A stretch of DNA of 64,000 nt from Candidatus Saccharimonadales bacterium (GCA_038231155.1 JBBRLY010000012.1:128645-192644); one strand, 5' to 3'. Counted from the first letter of the stretch, positions 27,033-36,161 are shown. The notes: generated from the letters alone by a model not told the origin. Made by a program: numbers and translations.

Positions 27033-27202
27033 ATCAATCATATCTTAGACAAGTTTATAAGGAATTTAAATCATCCGAAAACCGAACCCCGATGTTCTGT
27101 CTAATTTCTTATTTAACGGATAGATAAATATAACTTTTTTTCCTCTCTTATATATATAATATATAAAGAGAATAACTGACGTGGTGGGCAAGTAGGTAGC
27201 TC

Positions 27203-28012
27203 ATGAAGTTAAAATCAAAATCTGAACATCGTGGTCTTAACCCAAATCAAATAAATACTTTAAAAATGGTCTGTAAGTTTAGGTTTCTAACAGCACCTTT
27301 ACTAGCTGAAATTAAAGACCGTAAAAGCCGTCATGCAATGTATGAACATCTGGAGTTATTAGTTAAGCAAGGTTACCTCAGTAAACGAATATATAGTAAC
27401 GAACTATTTCAAAATAAAGCTGGACGTTACTGCTTAACTTCTAAAACCATAAGGCTACTTAGAACTGAGCACAACGTTCCAGAACGAAACTTGAGGGTCA
27501 TGTATAAAAACCACTTAGTTTCAGATGATTATGTCGACCACCTTGTCCAAGTCATAAAAGTCTATTTAAGCCTGAGAAAGATTTATCCCAATATGTTCCA
27601 TATATTTGCTAGATCGGAACTTGCCATATTTGATTATTTCCCAAGACCACTGCCAGATTTATATCTAAACCGTAGAAAAAGATCAGCTACAAGAACTTCG
27701 GAGTATATGCTTGAACTTTTCGGGGATATGCCTGGTTTTATAATTAAAAAACGTATAGACAATTATTTAGTTCATCGGGACTTAGGTGATTGGGAAGCAA
27801 GTACCGATACTAACTATCCGGACATACTGCTAGTTTTTTCTAATCTGAACCATCAGAAAAGAATATGCAAATACATCCGATACAAACTTGAAGACAGTGG
27901 TATGGACGAAGATATGACCTTTTATACGACTACAGAAAAACAACTAATTGCTGGGCAAAATAAAGCGATCTGGGCAAGTGTAATTGAACCGGAGATATTA
28001 AGAACTATATGA
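27203..28012 (+). CDS. Replication-relaxation family protein (winged-helix N terminus)
   Basis: LNPNQINTLKMVCKFRFLTAPLLAEI...HLELLVKQGYLSKR...GRYCLTSKTIRLL matches the Replic_Relax pattern (L..FRFLT...L..L...G.L.R.....Y.LT) known from actinobacterial plasmids and integrative elements. Confidence 0.55.
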   Translation: MKLKSKSEHRGLNPNQINTLKMVCKFRFLTAPLLAEIKDRKSRHAMYEHLELLVKQGYLSKRIYSNELFQNKAGRYCLTSKTIRLLRTEHNVPERNLRVMYKNHLVSDDYVDHLVQVIKVYLSLRKIYPNMFHIFARSELAIFDYFPRPLPDLYLNRRKRSATRTSEYMLELFGDMPGFIIKKRIDNYLVHRDLGDWEASTDTNYPDILLVFSNLNHQKRICKYIRYKLEDSGMDEDMTFYTTTEKQLIAGQNKAIWASVIEPEILRTI

Positions 28013-28052
28013 AATTTAGCAGGGACTTTGGGCTAATTGATTACAGTAACAA

Positions 28053-29228
28053 TTATATCTTTGACCAATTTTCGACAGCTCTATCAACTGTACTATGCAT
28101 AAAACCTAGTTCTGTTTCAGTAGATTCACCCTCAGATTCGGCTTTTTTGTATAACTTAATAGCATTAGTTGCGCAGGTCTTGGCCATTTCCTTGGCCTCA
28201 AGGGTTAGATCGGGATCATCAATAGCCTTATTTACAGTTGTCAAAAGCAATTGATTGGTTTCATCAATACCCGATAGATCTAATGGATCTTCTAGATCAT
28301 GCCTGTTATCTAGAAAAGTCTTAAATGCCTGGTTGGATTCCGGACATGGTGTTAAATTGCTTAAAGCTCGAAGGGCAACACGCATATCTTTAGTAGTTTC
28401 AAAACCACCATATTGACGCAGTGCCAAATCAATTAATGAAGCTGTTTCTGTAGCGTACTGACCAACTGGAACTTTAGCTAAAGCTCCAAACAGTAGTGGG
28501 AAAATCTTTCGGTGATAAGTTGGTAATTGTTCCAAGGAATTCGTCAATATAATCGGGGTGGAACTTTCAGGGACGGCAGCTTTTGGCAGGGCTCGGATTG
28601 CAAAATAAATGTTTGTCATTTCTACAATATTTGGCATATCTTTTTGGGCGATGTTTCCAAATCCATTGAGGGCTTTTTCGACAAGTTCAGATATCTTCTG
28701 CTTATCAAGATATCGAACATCTAAGGCAGTTAATGAATCGGCGAAATACTTTAAGGTTGTGGCGTAATTCTCTGGTCCAATACTGTTAGGACCTTGTCGC
28801 TTACGGCCCTCAATCCTGTCTAAAGATAATGATAGAAAATCTATTGGATGGGTTGCCATATCTTTAATGCCACTAATAATGCTATTTGTAATAACCGGAC
28901 CCGGTTCACCAAGATCATGAACAGTTTTTTCATCGCTGGGGCGAGCATTACCACCTAAAGATTGAAAATAACCATTAAATGGACCTAAATCAACACCAAT
29001 TAATCGGGCTATAGTAGCTAAACGCCGGGCATCCCAATCAGCATCGACGTTTGAAGCATGTGATTCATGGGCTTGATAGATAATATCATTAGCCTCTTGT
29101 TGTTGACGTAGATATGCTTCATTATCTGTATCAAAAGCATCATTAAATGCTTCTCGGTAAGCAGGTGAGGTAGTGATTTCAGCGAATTTTGAATCGCCTT
29201 GTAGAGTCATTACAATATTGTAACACAT
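28053..29228 (-). CDS. Hypothetical protein (helical, orphan)
   Basis: 391-aa ORF transcribed divergently from the giant SNF2 gene. I recognise no motif. The real start may be the MTLQGDS Met at 29210. Confidence 0.5.
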   Translation of the reverse strand: MCYNIVMTLQGDSKFAEITTSPAYREAFNDAFDTDNEAYLRQQQEANDIIYQAHESHASNVDADWDARRLATIARLIGVDLGPFNGYFQSLGGNARPSDEKTVHDLGEPGPVITNSIISGIKDMATHPIDFLSLSLDRIEGRKRQGPNSIGPENYATTLKYFADSLTALDVRYLDKQKISELVEKALNGFGNIAQKDMPNIVEMTNIYFAIRALPKAAVPESSTPIILTNSLEQLPTYHRKIFPLLFGALAKVPVGQYATETASLIDLALRQYGGFETTKDMRVALRALSNLTPCPESNQAFKTFLDNRHDLEDPLDLSGIDETNQLLLTTVNKAIDDPDLTLEAKEMAKTCATNAIKLYKKAESEGESTETELGFMHSTVDRAVENWSKI

Positions 29229-29409
29229 TTTACTTAAATAGTCTATAGATTAGTAATAAATATAGCTAGATAATTAACTAAAATCAACAGATACGATCAC
29301 AACAAATATTACTAAACTTTAAGAACGATAGCCGTAACACCTTATCATCGTATAAAATACACTAGCGCTTTAGTACAAAAAATATTATAATACCCCTGTT
29401 AGGTATTAT

Positions 29410-32400
29410 ATGTCAGAGGCAGCTGTTAACCCTGAATCAGAGGACACCCCTCAAGAACGGCCTGCGTTACCGGAACAATTAGGAGCACAGGCTATTAATG
29501 GCGCCTTAGCAGATGATTCATTTGTTATTCCTGAAGAAACATTGAATTTCGATTCTTATATTGAGGTACAGCCCGAAAACTTAACTAATGCCTTGTTAGC
29601 CAAAAAATGGGGAGTGAGTAAATCGCTAGTTAGAATAATTACAAAAAAATTTCGCGATCGTCATCAGGATGAACAGTTTGTGTTTAAAAGTAACAAGGAT
29701 AGTCGTGCAAAAAATACTAAGCCGATTATTGCTTATACCTCTGAACAAGTTAATCTCATGGAGCTAGAAGATAATCGCAATATTCAACCACCCGAAGGAG
29801 CAAAAACACCGAAAGAACTCGCAGAGATGTGGGGGATAAGCCTTGGTGCAGCTCGTGAGCGTATCAAGCGGTTCCAGGAAAAATATCCCACTCAAGAACT
29901 TAAGAAATATCGAGTAGATAGCTCCGATCGAAAAGTTCGAATTATTACAGCTGACCAGGCCGCGTTAATAGAAGACGAAAATCAATCTATTCCGCTAGAA
30001 GGATATTCCACAGAGGACATAGCGCAAGAACTTGGTATAAGTGAAAGTAATGCAAGAAAAATTGCCAGAAACTTTCGTGCTACACATCCTGACGAACCTC
30101 TTACACTTGTCAGAGGCTCAAAGTCCTCACATAATATATATAAGTATTCGGCTGAACAGGTTGAGATTATAAAATCCTCGTATGATCGTAGTCGTGCCGT
30201 GCCAGAAGGAACATTGTCAATCAAAGAAATAGCTGTCTTATGGGGTGTTAATATAACGAGAGCACGTAACACAGTTTCTTGGTTTATTCAACAAAACCCT
30301 GATGTACAGATCTTAACTGTAACTAATGGCTCGAGGCTTGAAAAGAGACTTACTACTGAACAAGCTGAACAAATAAGAAAGAACTCTATTGATAGTGCAT
30401 CATCAGATTATAAAAGCATACACCAAGCAGCTGAAATTTGGGGAGTAAGTGCGAGTGAAACGCGAAGAAGAATACAGGCTTTTTGCGACGCAAATCCTGA
30501 CCAGAGTATTGCTAAATTTAAAATTCCTGGGGCATATAAACGGGTTGCTCATTTAAATCTCGAGCAAATGCGGATTATGGAGAACTCCCACAATGTGTCT
30601 GACTCAGTGCCTGAAGGATCGAAAACCATACAAGAATTAACTAATATGTGGAATATAAATAAAGAAACAGTAATACGCATTACCAGGGAATTTCGTTCCA
30701 GATATCCCGAAGAACAATTCTATGTCGGTAAGGTGCCAGATATTAAAAGACGCGTGGCCTTTTACACACCACAACAAATAGAAAGAATGACAGTTGAACG
30801 ACAACTTGATAGTTTTGTGCTTGATGATTGGAAATCTGCTAAAGATTTATCTGAATTATGGGACGTAAGCTTAAGTACGGTTTATGCTCAAGCCCATGCT
30901 CTAAAGAAAAGAGATCCTGACCAGGTACTTATGAAATATCGAACAACTGATGATGGCCGACTAGCGCTTTACCTTAGCCCTTATCAAATTAAGTCAATTC
31001 AGGACTCTTTACGTTCGGTAATTGGCGAAAAAGAAGTATTATCGTCTAGCTTGATCAATACTCTTATCGATATACAGTCTGGTGAGAGCATGGATGCGGT
31101 AAAGTTTCGGGGGTTTGTTGAACTTTGGGGTGCTGAAAGATCAATCGACTTAATATATCAATTCCATCCGGAATATAAAAAGATCCCAGTACCTTATGTC
31201 AGAAGTATAATCGCCGATTATCTAGGTGACTTTTTAGTTATAAGAGGTGATCTTCGATTAGATAAATTAGAGATGGGACTGGAATTTCTTTCAGACCAAA
31301 ACCTAAAAGATGGTTTCATTGAAGTTGTCAAAAACAGTTGTTTAAGCAATTACAATCAGTCGAAAAAAGCCGGCTCAAAAGAACCAGATCTATCAATTTT
31401 AACTTCATATATTGATCACTTAAGAGAACAAACACTTATATACACTACTCCAGACCTGGACGACGTATTTGACGAAGTCCAAGACTATTTCAATTCACTA
31501 TTTGAGATAGTCAAGCCAACAAATATTGTTGATAAATTAAAAGAGGGCCGGGCATTCCCAGACTTAAACCAATACATAAACATTAAAGAAATTGAGACTA
31601 AACAAAGAATGCTAATTGCCGATGAAATGGGTGTTGGTAAAAGTGCTTCAGCTATTCTGGCTAAGGAAAACCTAGGCGTAAAAAGGGCTTTAATAGTAGT
31701 ACCAAGTAACGTGGTGGAAATCTGGCAAACATACTTATCAGACATCCAAAGCGAAGATGGCGAAACCAATGGTTACTTTAAACAAGGAGAAGCACCTCGA
31801 GTACTGACCGTCGACAGTCTGAAAGCCCTAAAAAACATAAACGCCGAAGATTATGACTATATCATCTTGTCCCATGAACGTCTAACCGACAAGTATAGAG
31901 CAGCATTAGAACAACTAGGCTTTGACATGTTAATTGTTGATGAAGCCCACAAACTAAAAAATCTTATAAGTGGAAGGCGAGCGGATAATCTAGTCAAACT
32001 GGCTGGAGCATCTAATCTAGAAGGTAGTCCGCAATATCTAGCATTACTTTCTGGTACCCCAGTACCAAATAAAATTGGTGACATTGCCATGGTTCTTAAA
32101 CTACTGTATCCAGAAAAATTTGAACACGTCGCAAATAAAGAACTAACAGCTCAACTATTACAGGGAGATGTCTTAGACCTTAGAAGTCTACTAGTACCAA
32201 GAATGCAAATGAAGTCCTTAGCCGAAAGTATTGATATGCCCAGACTAGAAGAAAAAGTCCACACTTATCAACTGTCACCCCAGGTCCAGCAAGCTTATGA
32301 TGTTTTACTTGATGAAGACGAATTAACAGCCACCGAGAAACTGCAAGTACTTCGAAAATTTGTGCTTAATCCTAGATTTTTTACTGACCTTGAAAGTGCA

Positions 32401-33984
32401 ACAGAAACAAAAGCTACCGATGTCGGTGTTAGCTTACGGACAACTTTTGAAACTAAAGATAAGGTTGTAATGTTCGTGAATGGCTATATTCAGGATGTCA
32501 TAAGAGGTAAAAACACCATATTTGCTGATCTTAACTTACCAGACGATGTCCTAATAAGAACAATTCATGTAAACGTTAGCAAGAGTCAGCGCCAAGCAAT
32601 TCAAAAGCAATTAAAACAACCGGGCAAAATGCTATTGGCAGTTAGCGGACAAACAGCTGATGTTGGTGTAGATTTTTCGGCTGCTGATGAACTGATCTTC
32701 TATAACGAACCGTGGACAGAATATGACAAACTCCAACAGCGAGGCCGCGTCTATCGACCGGGTCTAACCAAAGACCTAATTAGCCATAGCTATATTACCA
32801 GTGGCACAATAGAAGAGGGTATTCACTTTTATATTAAATCCAAATATGAAGCCGTCGAAAAGCTACTGCGCGGTATCCCACTATCGCAACTAGAGCGCGA
32901 ATTACTAACCTTCGATGAGAAAAAAGGTAACCCCAATCTTGAATATAATCCCGACTTAGCCAAGTTCTACTTATCTTCGGTTGATCGAATGCTTAAGTTC
33001 TTTAGTCATGGTAAGCAGGCTGGCGAACAAAACTTTGCCAAGTTTAAAGCCAAATACGGCAAGGAATATGCCCAAACATATTCGATTATGGGCAGTAGAA
33101 GTTATCAGGCAAACGTCAGTAGATTAACCGGTACTGTGATTGACCGGCAAGTCAGAGCCCGTAAACAAAATCCGTCAAAAATCCGAATATTAGACATCGC
33201 ATCTGGACCAGAAATTCTAAAACAGCATATTATTGAACCATATCAGAAACAAATATACAGCCTAGACTTTAATGAACATCATTTTAATGGCAAAAAAGGC
33301 AGGAAAATTGTCGGAAGCTACCTCAAATTACCAATTGCCGACAAGACAATGGATTATGCTAACCTGGCTCTGTCACTTCATTACACAAGTTTTATACCGA
33401 CACGCCAGGATTATGAACGGCTAGAAGTAATTAGGGAACTTAACCGTGTCTTAACTGTTGGCGGGCGGGCTGTAATTAGTTTAACCAACAATCTTGATCT
33501 TAAAAATACTCAAACTTTTTATGCCGCGGTTAGTAAGTTAGGTTTTAAAGTAGTACATGAATACAGCGGTGATGTTAAATCTGGTACCGCCGTAAGAACT
33601 CGATTAATTACTTTAGAAAAAATCAGTGATTGTGAAGCTACTTTAGATGCCGATATAAGTAAATTAGGGTCTGGGTTAATGCAAGGCTTAAAATTCAAAA
33701 GGACTAATGTAAAACTCAAAGATTCACGTAAAATTGCCACCAGTTTCACTATAGATGATAAAAAAACTATCCGCGCCAATATCAATAACCTTGATCGTGC
33801 AGTTTTAAAAGAAGAACAAACTATTTTAGCCGGTATGGAAAGATTAAAGAACCGATACCAAACGGTTGAACAAATACCCCAGGTCGAGATAAAAAAGCGA
33901 GGCTATGCCCGTACTTTTAATTCTAAAAACTACTTGTTATTTAAATACTTGAAGAATAGCAACGGTGCGGTAATCGTGAGATAA
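29410..33984 (+). CDS. Giant fusion protein: 7 tandem HTH-like modules + SNF2-family ATPase + class I SAM methyltransferase
   Basis: SNF2 motifs: ADEMGVGKS (I, nt 31618), VDEAHKLKN (II, nt 31939), LLSGTPVPN (III) and VSGQTADVGVDFSAADELIFYNEPWTEYDKLQQRGRVYRPG (V/VI). Methyltransferase: IRILDIASGPE (nt 33187), IYSLDF, LPIADKTMDYANLALSLHY, LTVGGRAVISL. The N-terminal repeats are listed as a separate feature. Confidence 0.85.
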   Translation: MSEAAVNPESEDTPQERPALPEQLGAQAINGALADDSFVIPEETLNFDSYIEVQPENLTNALLAKKWGVSKSLVRIITKKFRDRHQDEQFVFKSNKDSRAKNTKPIIAYTSEQVNLMELEDNRNIQPPEGAKTPKELAEMWGISLGAARERIKRFQEKYPTQELKKYRVDSSDRKVRIITADQAALIEDENQSIPLEGYSTEDIAQELGISESNARKIARNFRATHPDEPLTLVRGSKSSHNIYKYSAEQVEIIKSSYDRSRAVPEGTLSIKEIAVLWGVNITRARNTVSWFIQQNPDVQILTVTNGSRLEKRLTTEQAEQIRKNSIDSASSDYKSIHQAAEIWGVSASETRRRIQAFCDANPDQSIAKFKIPGAYKRVAHLNLEQMRIMENSHNVSDSVPEGSKTIQELTNMWNINKETVIRITREFRSRYPEEQFYVGKVPDIKRRVAFYTPQQIERMTVERQLDSFVLDDWKSAKDLSELWDVSLSTVYAQAHALKKRDPDQVLMKYRTTDDGRLALYLSPYQIKSIQDSLRSVIGEKEVLSSSLINTLIDIQSGESMDAVKFRGFVELWGAERSIDLIYQFHPEYKKIPVPYVRSIIADYLGDFLVIRGDLRLDKLEMGLEFLSDQNLKDGFIEVVKNSCLSNYNQSKKAGSKEPDLSILTSYIDHLREQTLIYTTPDLDDVFDEVQDYFNSLFEIVKPTNIVDKLKEGRAFPDLNQYINIKEIETKQRMLIADEMGVGKSASAILAKENLGVKRALIVVPSNVVEIWQTYLSDIQSEDGETNGYFKQGEAPRVLTVDSLKALKNINAEDYDYIILSHERLTDKYRAALEQLGFDMLIVDEAHKLKNLISGRRADNLVKLAGASNLEGSPQYLALLSGTPVPNKIGDIAMVLKLLYPEKFEHVANKELTAQLLQGDVLDLRSLLVPRMQMKSLAESIDMPRLEEKVHTYQLSPQVQQAYDVLLDEDELTATEKLQVLRKFVLNPRFFTDLESATETKATDVGVSLRTTFETKDKVVMFVNGYIQDVIRGKNTIFADLNLPDDVLIRTIHVNVSKSQRQAIQKQLKQPGKMLLAVSGQTADVGVDFSAADELIFYNEPWTEYDKLQQRGRVYRPGLTKDLISHSYITSGTIEEGIHFYIKSKYEAVEKLLRGIPLSQLERELLTFDEKKGNPNLEYNPDLAKFYLSSVDRMLKFFSHGKQAGEQNFAKFKAKYGKEYAQTYSIMGSRSYQANVSRLTGTVIDRQVRARKQNPSKIRILDIASGPEILKQHIIEPYQKQIYSLDFNEHHFNGKKGRKIVGSYLKLPIADKTMDYANLALSLHYTSFIPTRQDYERLEVIRELNRVLTVGGRAVISLTNNLDLKNTQTFYAAVSKLGFKVVHEYSGDVKSGTAVRTRLITLEKISDCEATLDADISKLGSGLMQGLKFKRTNVKLKDSRKIATSFTIDDKKTIRANINNLDRAVLKEEQTILAGMERLKNRYQTVEQIPQVEIKKRGYARTFNSKNYLLFKYLKNSNGAVIVR
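29572..31011 (+). repeat. Protein-level tandem array: seven ~66-74-aa modules (x-ELAxxWGVSxxxxRxxIxxFxxxxPdxx...(Y/T)xxEQxxxI)
   Basis: WG(V/I)S-type cores occur at residues 67, 141, 208, 278, 344, 413 and 484. Each is followed by a basic helix (RERIKRF, ARKIARNF, TRRRIQAF...), a conserved P-(D/E) and a (Y/T)-x-x-(E/Q)-Q helix. The modules are diverged, with no near-identical DNA repeats. Confidence 0.7.
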
Positions 33985-33991
33985 AATAAAT

Positions 33992-34519
33992 TTAGGACCA
34001 GTCTACAACAACTGAATCATCACCTACTAAGATGACGTTTCCAGTGCGTTCACTATTGGCTCCAAAATACTTGGCTACTTGTCCTGGGCGGGGGTATGAA
34101 TTACGAGAGGTTTCCACCCCATCTATACGGACACAACTATTTAAAGCACCAGTTCGCATGAATAATAAATGGGAACCGCGATAAGGCGAAACATAAACAT
34201 CAACTGGATAAGGACCAAACAAAGGTTTATCTAACCACTTAGAGTTTTCCTTGGCGGTTTGGGGGAGGACAGCAGTTATTTCAGCATGTTTCGAACCAAT
34301 AAATAATTGTTTACCAATTAGATCTTCAGCGACTGCTTCAGGTGTGCGTCCAAAGAACTCAATGGTTGCTTCATCTTGATCAACTAGACCATCAGCTGAT
34401 ACAACGTCAATACCTTGTTTTCCTAACCGAAGAACGAGTGAATCTAACTGTTGAGCAGACATTTCAGCTAAACCTTCACCTCGAAGTAATAACTCAATTG
34501 GAACTTCTTTTTCAGGCAT
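33992..34519 (-). CDS. Hypothetical protein with distant 3-methyladenine DNA glycosylase (Mpg/AAG)-like pattern
   Basis: FFGRTPEAVAEDLIGKQL, VDVYVSPYRGSHLLFM, CVRIDGVE and RPGQVAKYFG are collinear with Mpg blocks (FF.R....vA..LLGk.L, YVY..YG.h..lN, vLIRA.EP, GPGkL..alG). The E-T-E-A-Y catalytic block is absent (AEITAVLPQ). Confidence 0.3.
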   Translation of the reverse strand: MPEKEVPIELLLRGEGLAEMSAQQLDSLVLRLGKQGIDVVSADGLVDQDEATIEFFGRTPEAVAEDLIGKQLFIGSKHAEITAVLPQTAKENSKWLDKPLFGPYPVDVYVSPYRGSHLLFMRTGALNSCVRIDGVETSRNSYPRPGQVAKYFGANSERTGNVILVGDDSVVVDWS

Positions 34520-34623
34520 ATTTTAATTATTATACTATATTGAATATTTTTTGCAACTTTAGAACACTAACCCCCCTAGGATTTATTCTAAATAATGGTA
34601 TAATAATGAACAGACTATAAGAG

Positions 34624-35664
34624 GTGATGACGATGTCTATGGAACAACCCGCAAGAGATGAATCATTAGCTGAACGGTTGGCTGATTTGGAAATGGCTTT
34701 TGGACCGCATGGTGTCCTAGGTGAAATCGCCGCCGCGGCATTAGTTGAAAAATATGCTCTGTCGCCTCAAGAAGCTGCTGAAGTTATATTGCCACCAAGA
34801 CAACCTATGGAGCCTTATCAGGCTCGCTGGGAATTTGAACGAAACGCTAGTGAAAGGATAGTGCGAGCAACTGAAGCCCGTGCTGAAAGTGTTCTTAGTT
34901 TAGCGGTCCGACTGGGCATGATTAAAAATCGTATGCAAATCCAAGCCGATACAGATAAAATCGATGAAACTAAAGCACTCTTCGTAGTTGAGGGAGGTGC
35001 TAATAAAACGTCTGTGGTACGCCGTGAATTAGCTGTTGATGCTATGAGATTAATTTACGGTGATGAAGATGTGGCTGACCAAATCTTATATCAGTTTGGT
35101 TCTGGTAAATATAGAGTAGATCCGCTTAAAAATGGACAACCAAATCCGGAGTTTGACAAAGCACAGCAAATAGCTCAGCACCATTTACTTGGAGTTGATG
35201 GTTGGACTCAGTTTCAAGTTAGTTTAGCTAGTGCCAAGCAATCGGGTTATGAAACACTTACTACTATGGAGCTATGGAGTGATGATCCAATACCGGAAAT
35301 AGAGGACTTAGTTTATATGACACGAAATAATTCACCTACGCTAGGTCTTATTCAGCCCAATGATCATAACCATGGTTTACTAGATGGTCTATCGGCACTG
35401 GCTAATTTGGTTCATGCTAATCAATTGGATGGGGCACAACTAGTTGTGGCTACCAATGGTCAGTATCGGCCAAAAGACGAACTACAAGTAATGCAGTGGG
35501 CAAGGCAAAAGGCTATCAGAATGTCGGCTCCTACAGTAGTCTTGGGAGATGAGCCAGGCGATAGTTTTTATCACGCTGGACAGGAGATTACATCCGATGT
35601 TCGTCCACCACTTGTTTATGTCAATGAAATGGTTTTATTGCAGCGATTAAATAGTGCTAGTTAG
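34624..35664 (+). CDS. Hypothetical protein
   Basis: 346-aa ORF behind AGAGGTGA. The start is ambiguous (GTG 34624, or ATG 34627/34633/34639). I recognise no motif. Confidence 0.5.
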   Translation: MMTMSMEQPARDESLAERLADLEMAFGPHGVLGEIAAAALVEKYALSPQEAAEVILPPRQPMEPYQARWEFERNASERIVRATEARAESVLSLAVRLGMIKNRMQIQADTDKIDETKALFVVEGGANKTSVVRRELAVDAMRLIYGDEDVADQILYQFGSGKYRVDPLKNGQPNPEFDKAQQIAQHHLLGVDGWTQFQVSLASAKQSGYETLTTMELWSDDPIPEIEDLVYMTRNNSPTLGLIQPNDHNHGLLDGLSALANLVHANQLDGAQLVVATNGQYRPKDELQVMQWARQKAIRMSAPTVVLGDEPGDSFYHAGQEITSDVRPPLVYVNEMVLLQRLNSAS

Positions 35665-35677
35665 ATTAATGCCTAAG

Positions 35678-36031
35678 TTAATGTTCTGAGCGAGTTGCTA
35701 ATATAAGAATTTCTTCATCTGTTAGGTTATTTATCGTTGTGGCAAAACAGTCTACAACATATTCATTCAAATCTCCATTTGGCGGTAGACCTTCTAATTG
35801 GTGTTCATAGGCGAAATTAATCTGAACTAACTCTACATTACGAGCCATTAAGGCACCCACTAAATGGGCCGCAGCTGGTCTAAGGTTAATCCTTTCGCAT
35901 TGTTGATTAGAGCAGCGATAACGATAAAACCACTTAAGTTCAAGCTCACTTCGTTCGACTATGATTTTCATAGCTCGTGGGTTAATCATAGATGTTTCTT
36001 GTAAACAAGATTCACATGGGTCCAATAGCAT
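35678..36031 (-). CDS. Hypothetical small protein with Cys pairs (possible zinc ribbon)
   Basis: Has CESC near the N terminus and C-x5-C (CSNQQC). Confidence 0.4.
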   Translation of the reverse strand: MLLDPCESCLQETSMINPRAMKIIVERSELELKWFYRYRCSNQQCERINLRPAAAHLVGALMARNVELVQINFAYEHQLEGLPPNGDLNEYVVDCFATTINNLTDEEILILATRSEH

Positions 36032-36161
36032 AACAAGTAAAAGTATAGCCTTTTCTTAACTCTTTACTATAAGTCTAAGTCAACAGACGAGGAGACACAT
36101 TCATTATACCGATAGCTAAGCGTACATTCTTATAATCTAACTTAGAGGTATACTTATTAAC

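Noticed and set aside
29410-33984. Interpreting the SNF2 + methyltransferase gene as a DISARM or BREX-type defence system
   Set aside because: I found no DrmA/DrmB (DUF1998), PLD nuclease, PglZ or BrxC-like partners nearby. The methyltransferase lacks the (D/N)PP(Y/F/W) motif of N6A/N4C DNA methylases. Similarity to known defence systems is limited to the generic SNF2 fold.
26681-36161. Search for att-like direct repeats or an integrase or tRNA flanking the 26-36 kb accessory block
   Set aside because: I found no integrase or recombinase ORF, no tRNA gene and no convincing long direct repeat at the borders by eye. The island interpretation therefore stays tentative.
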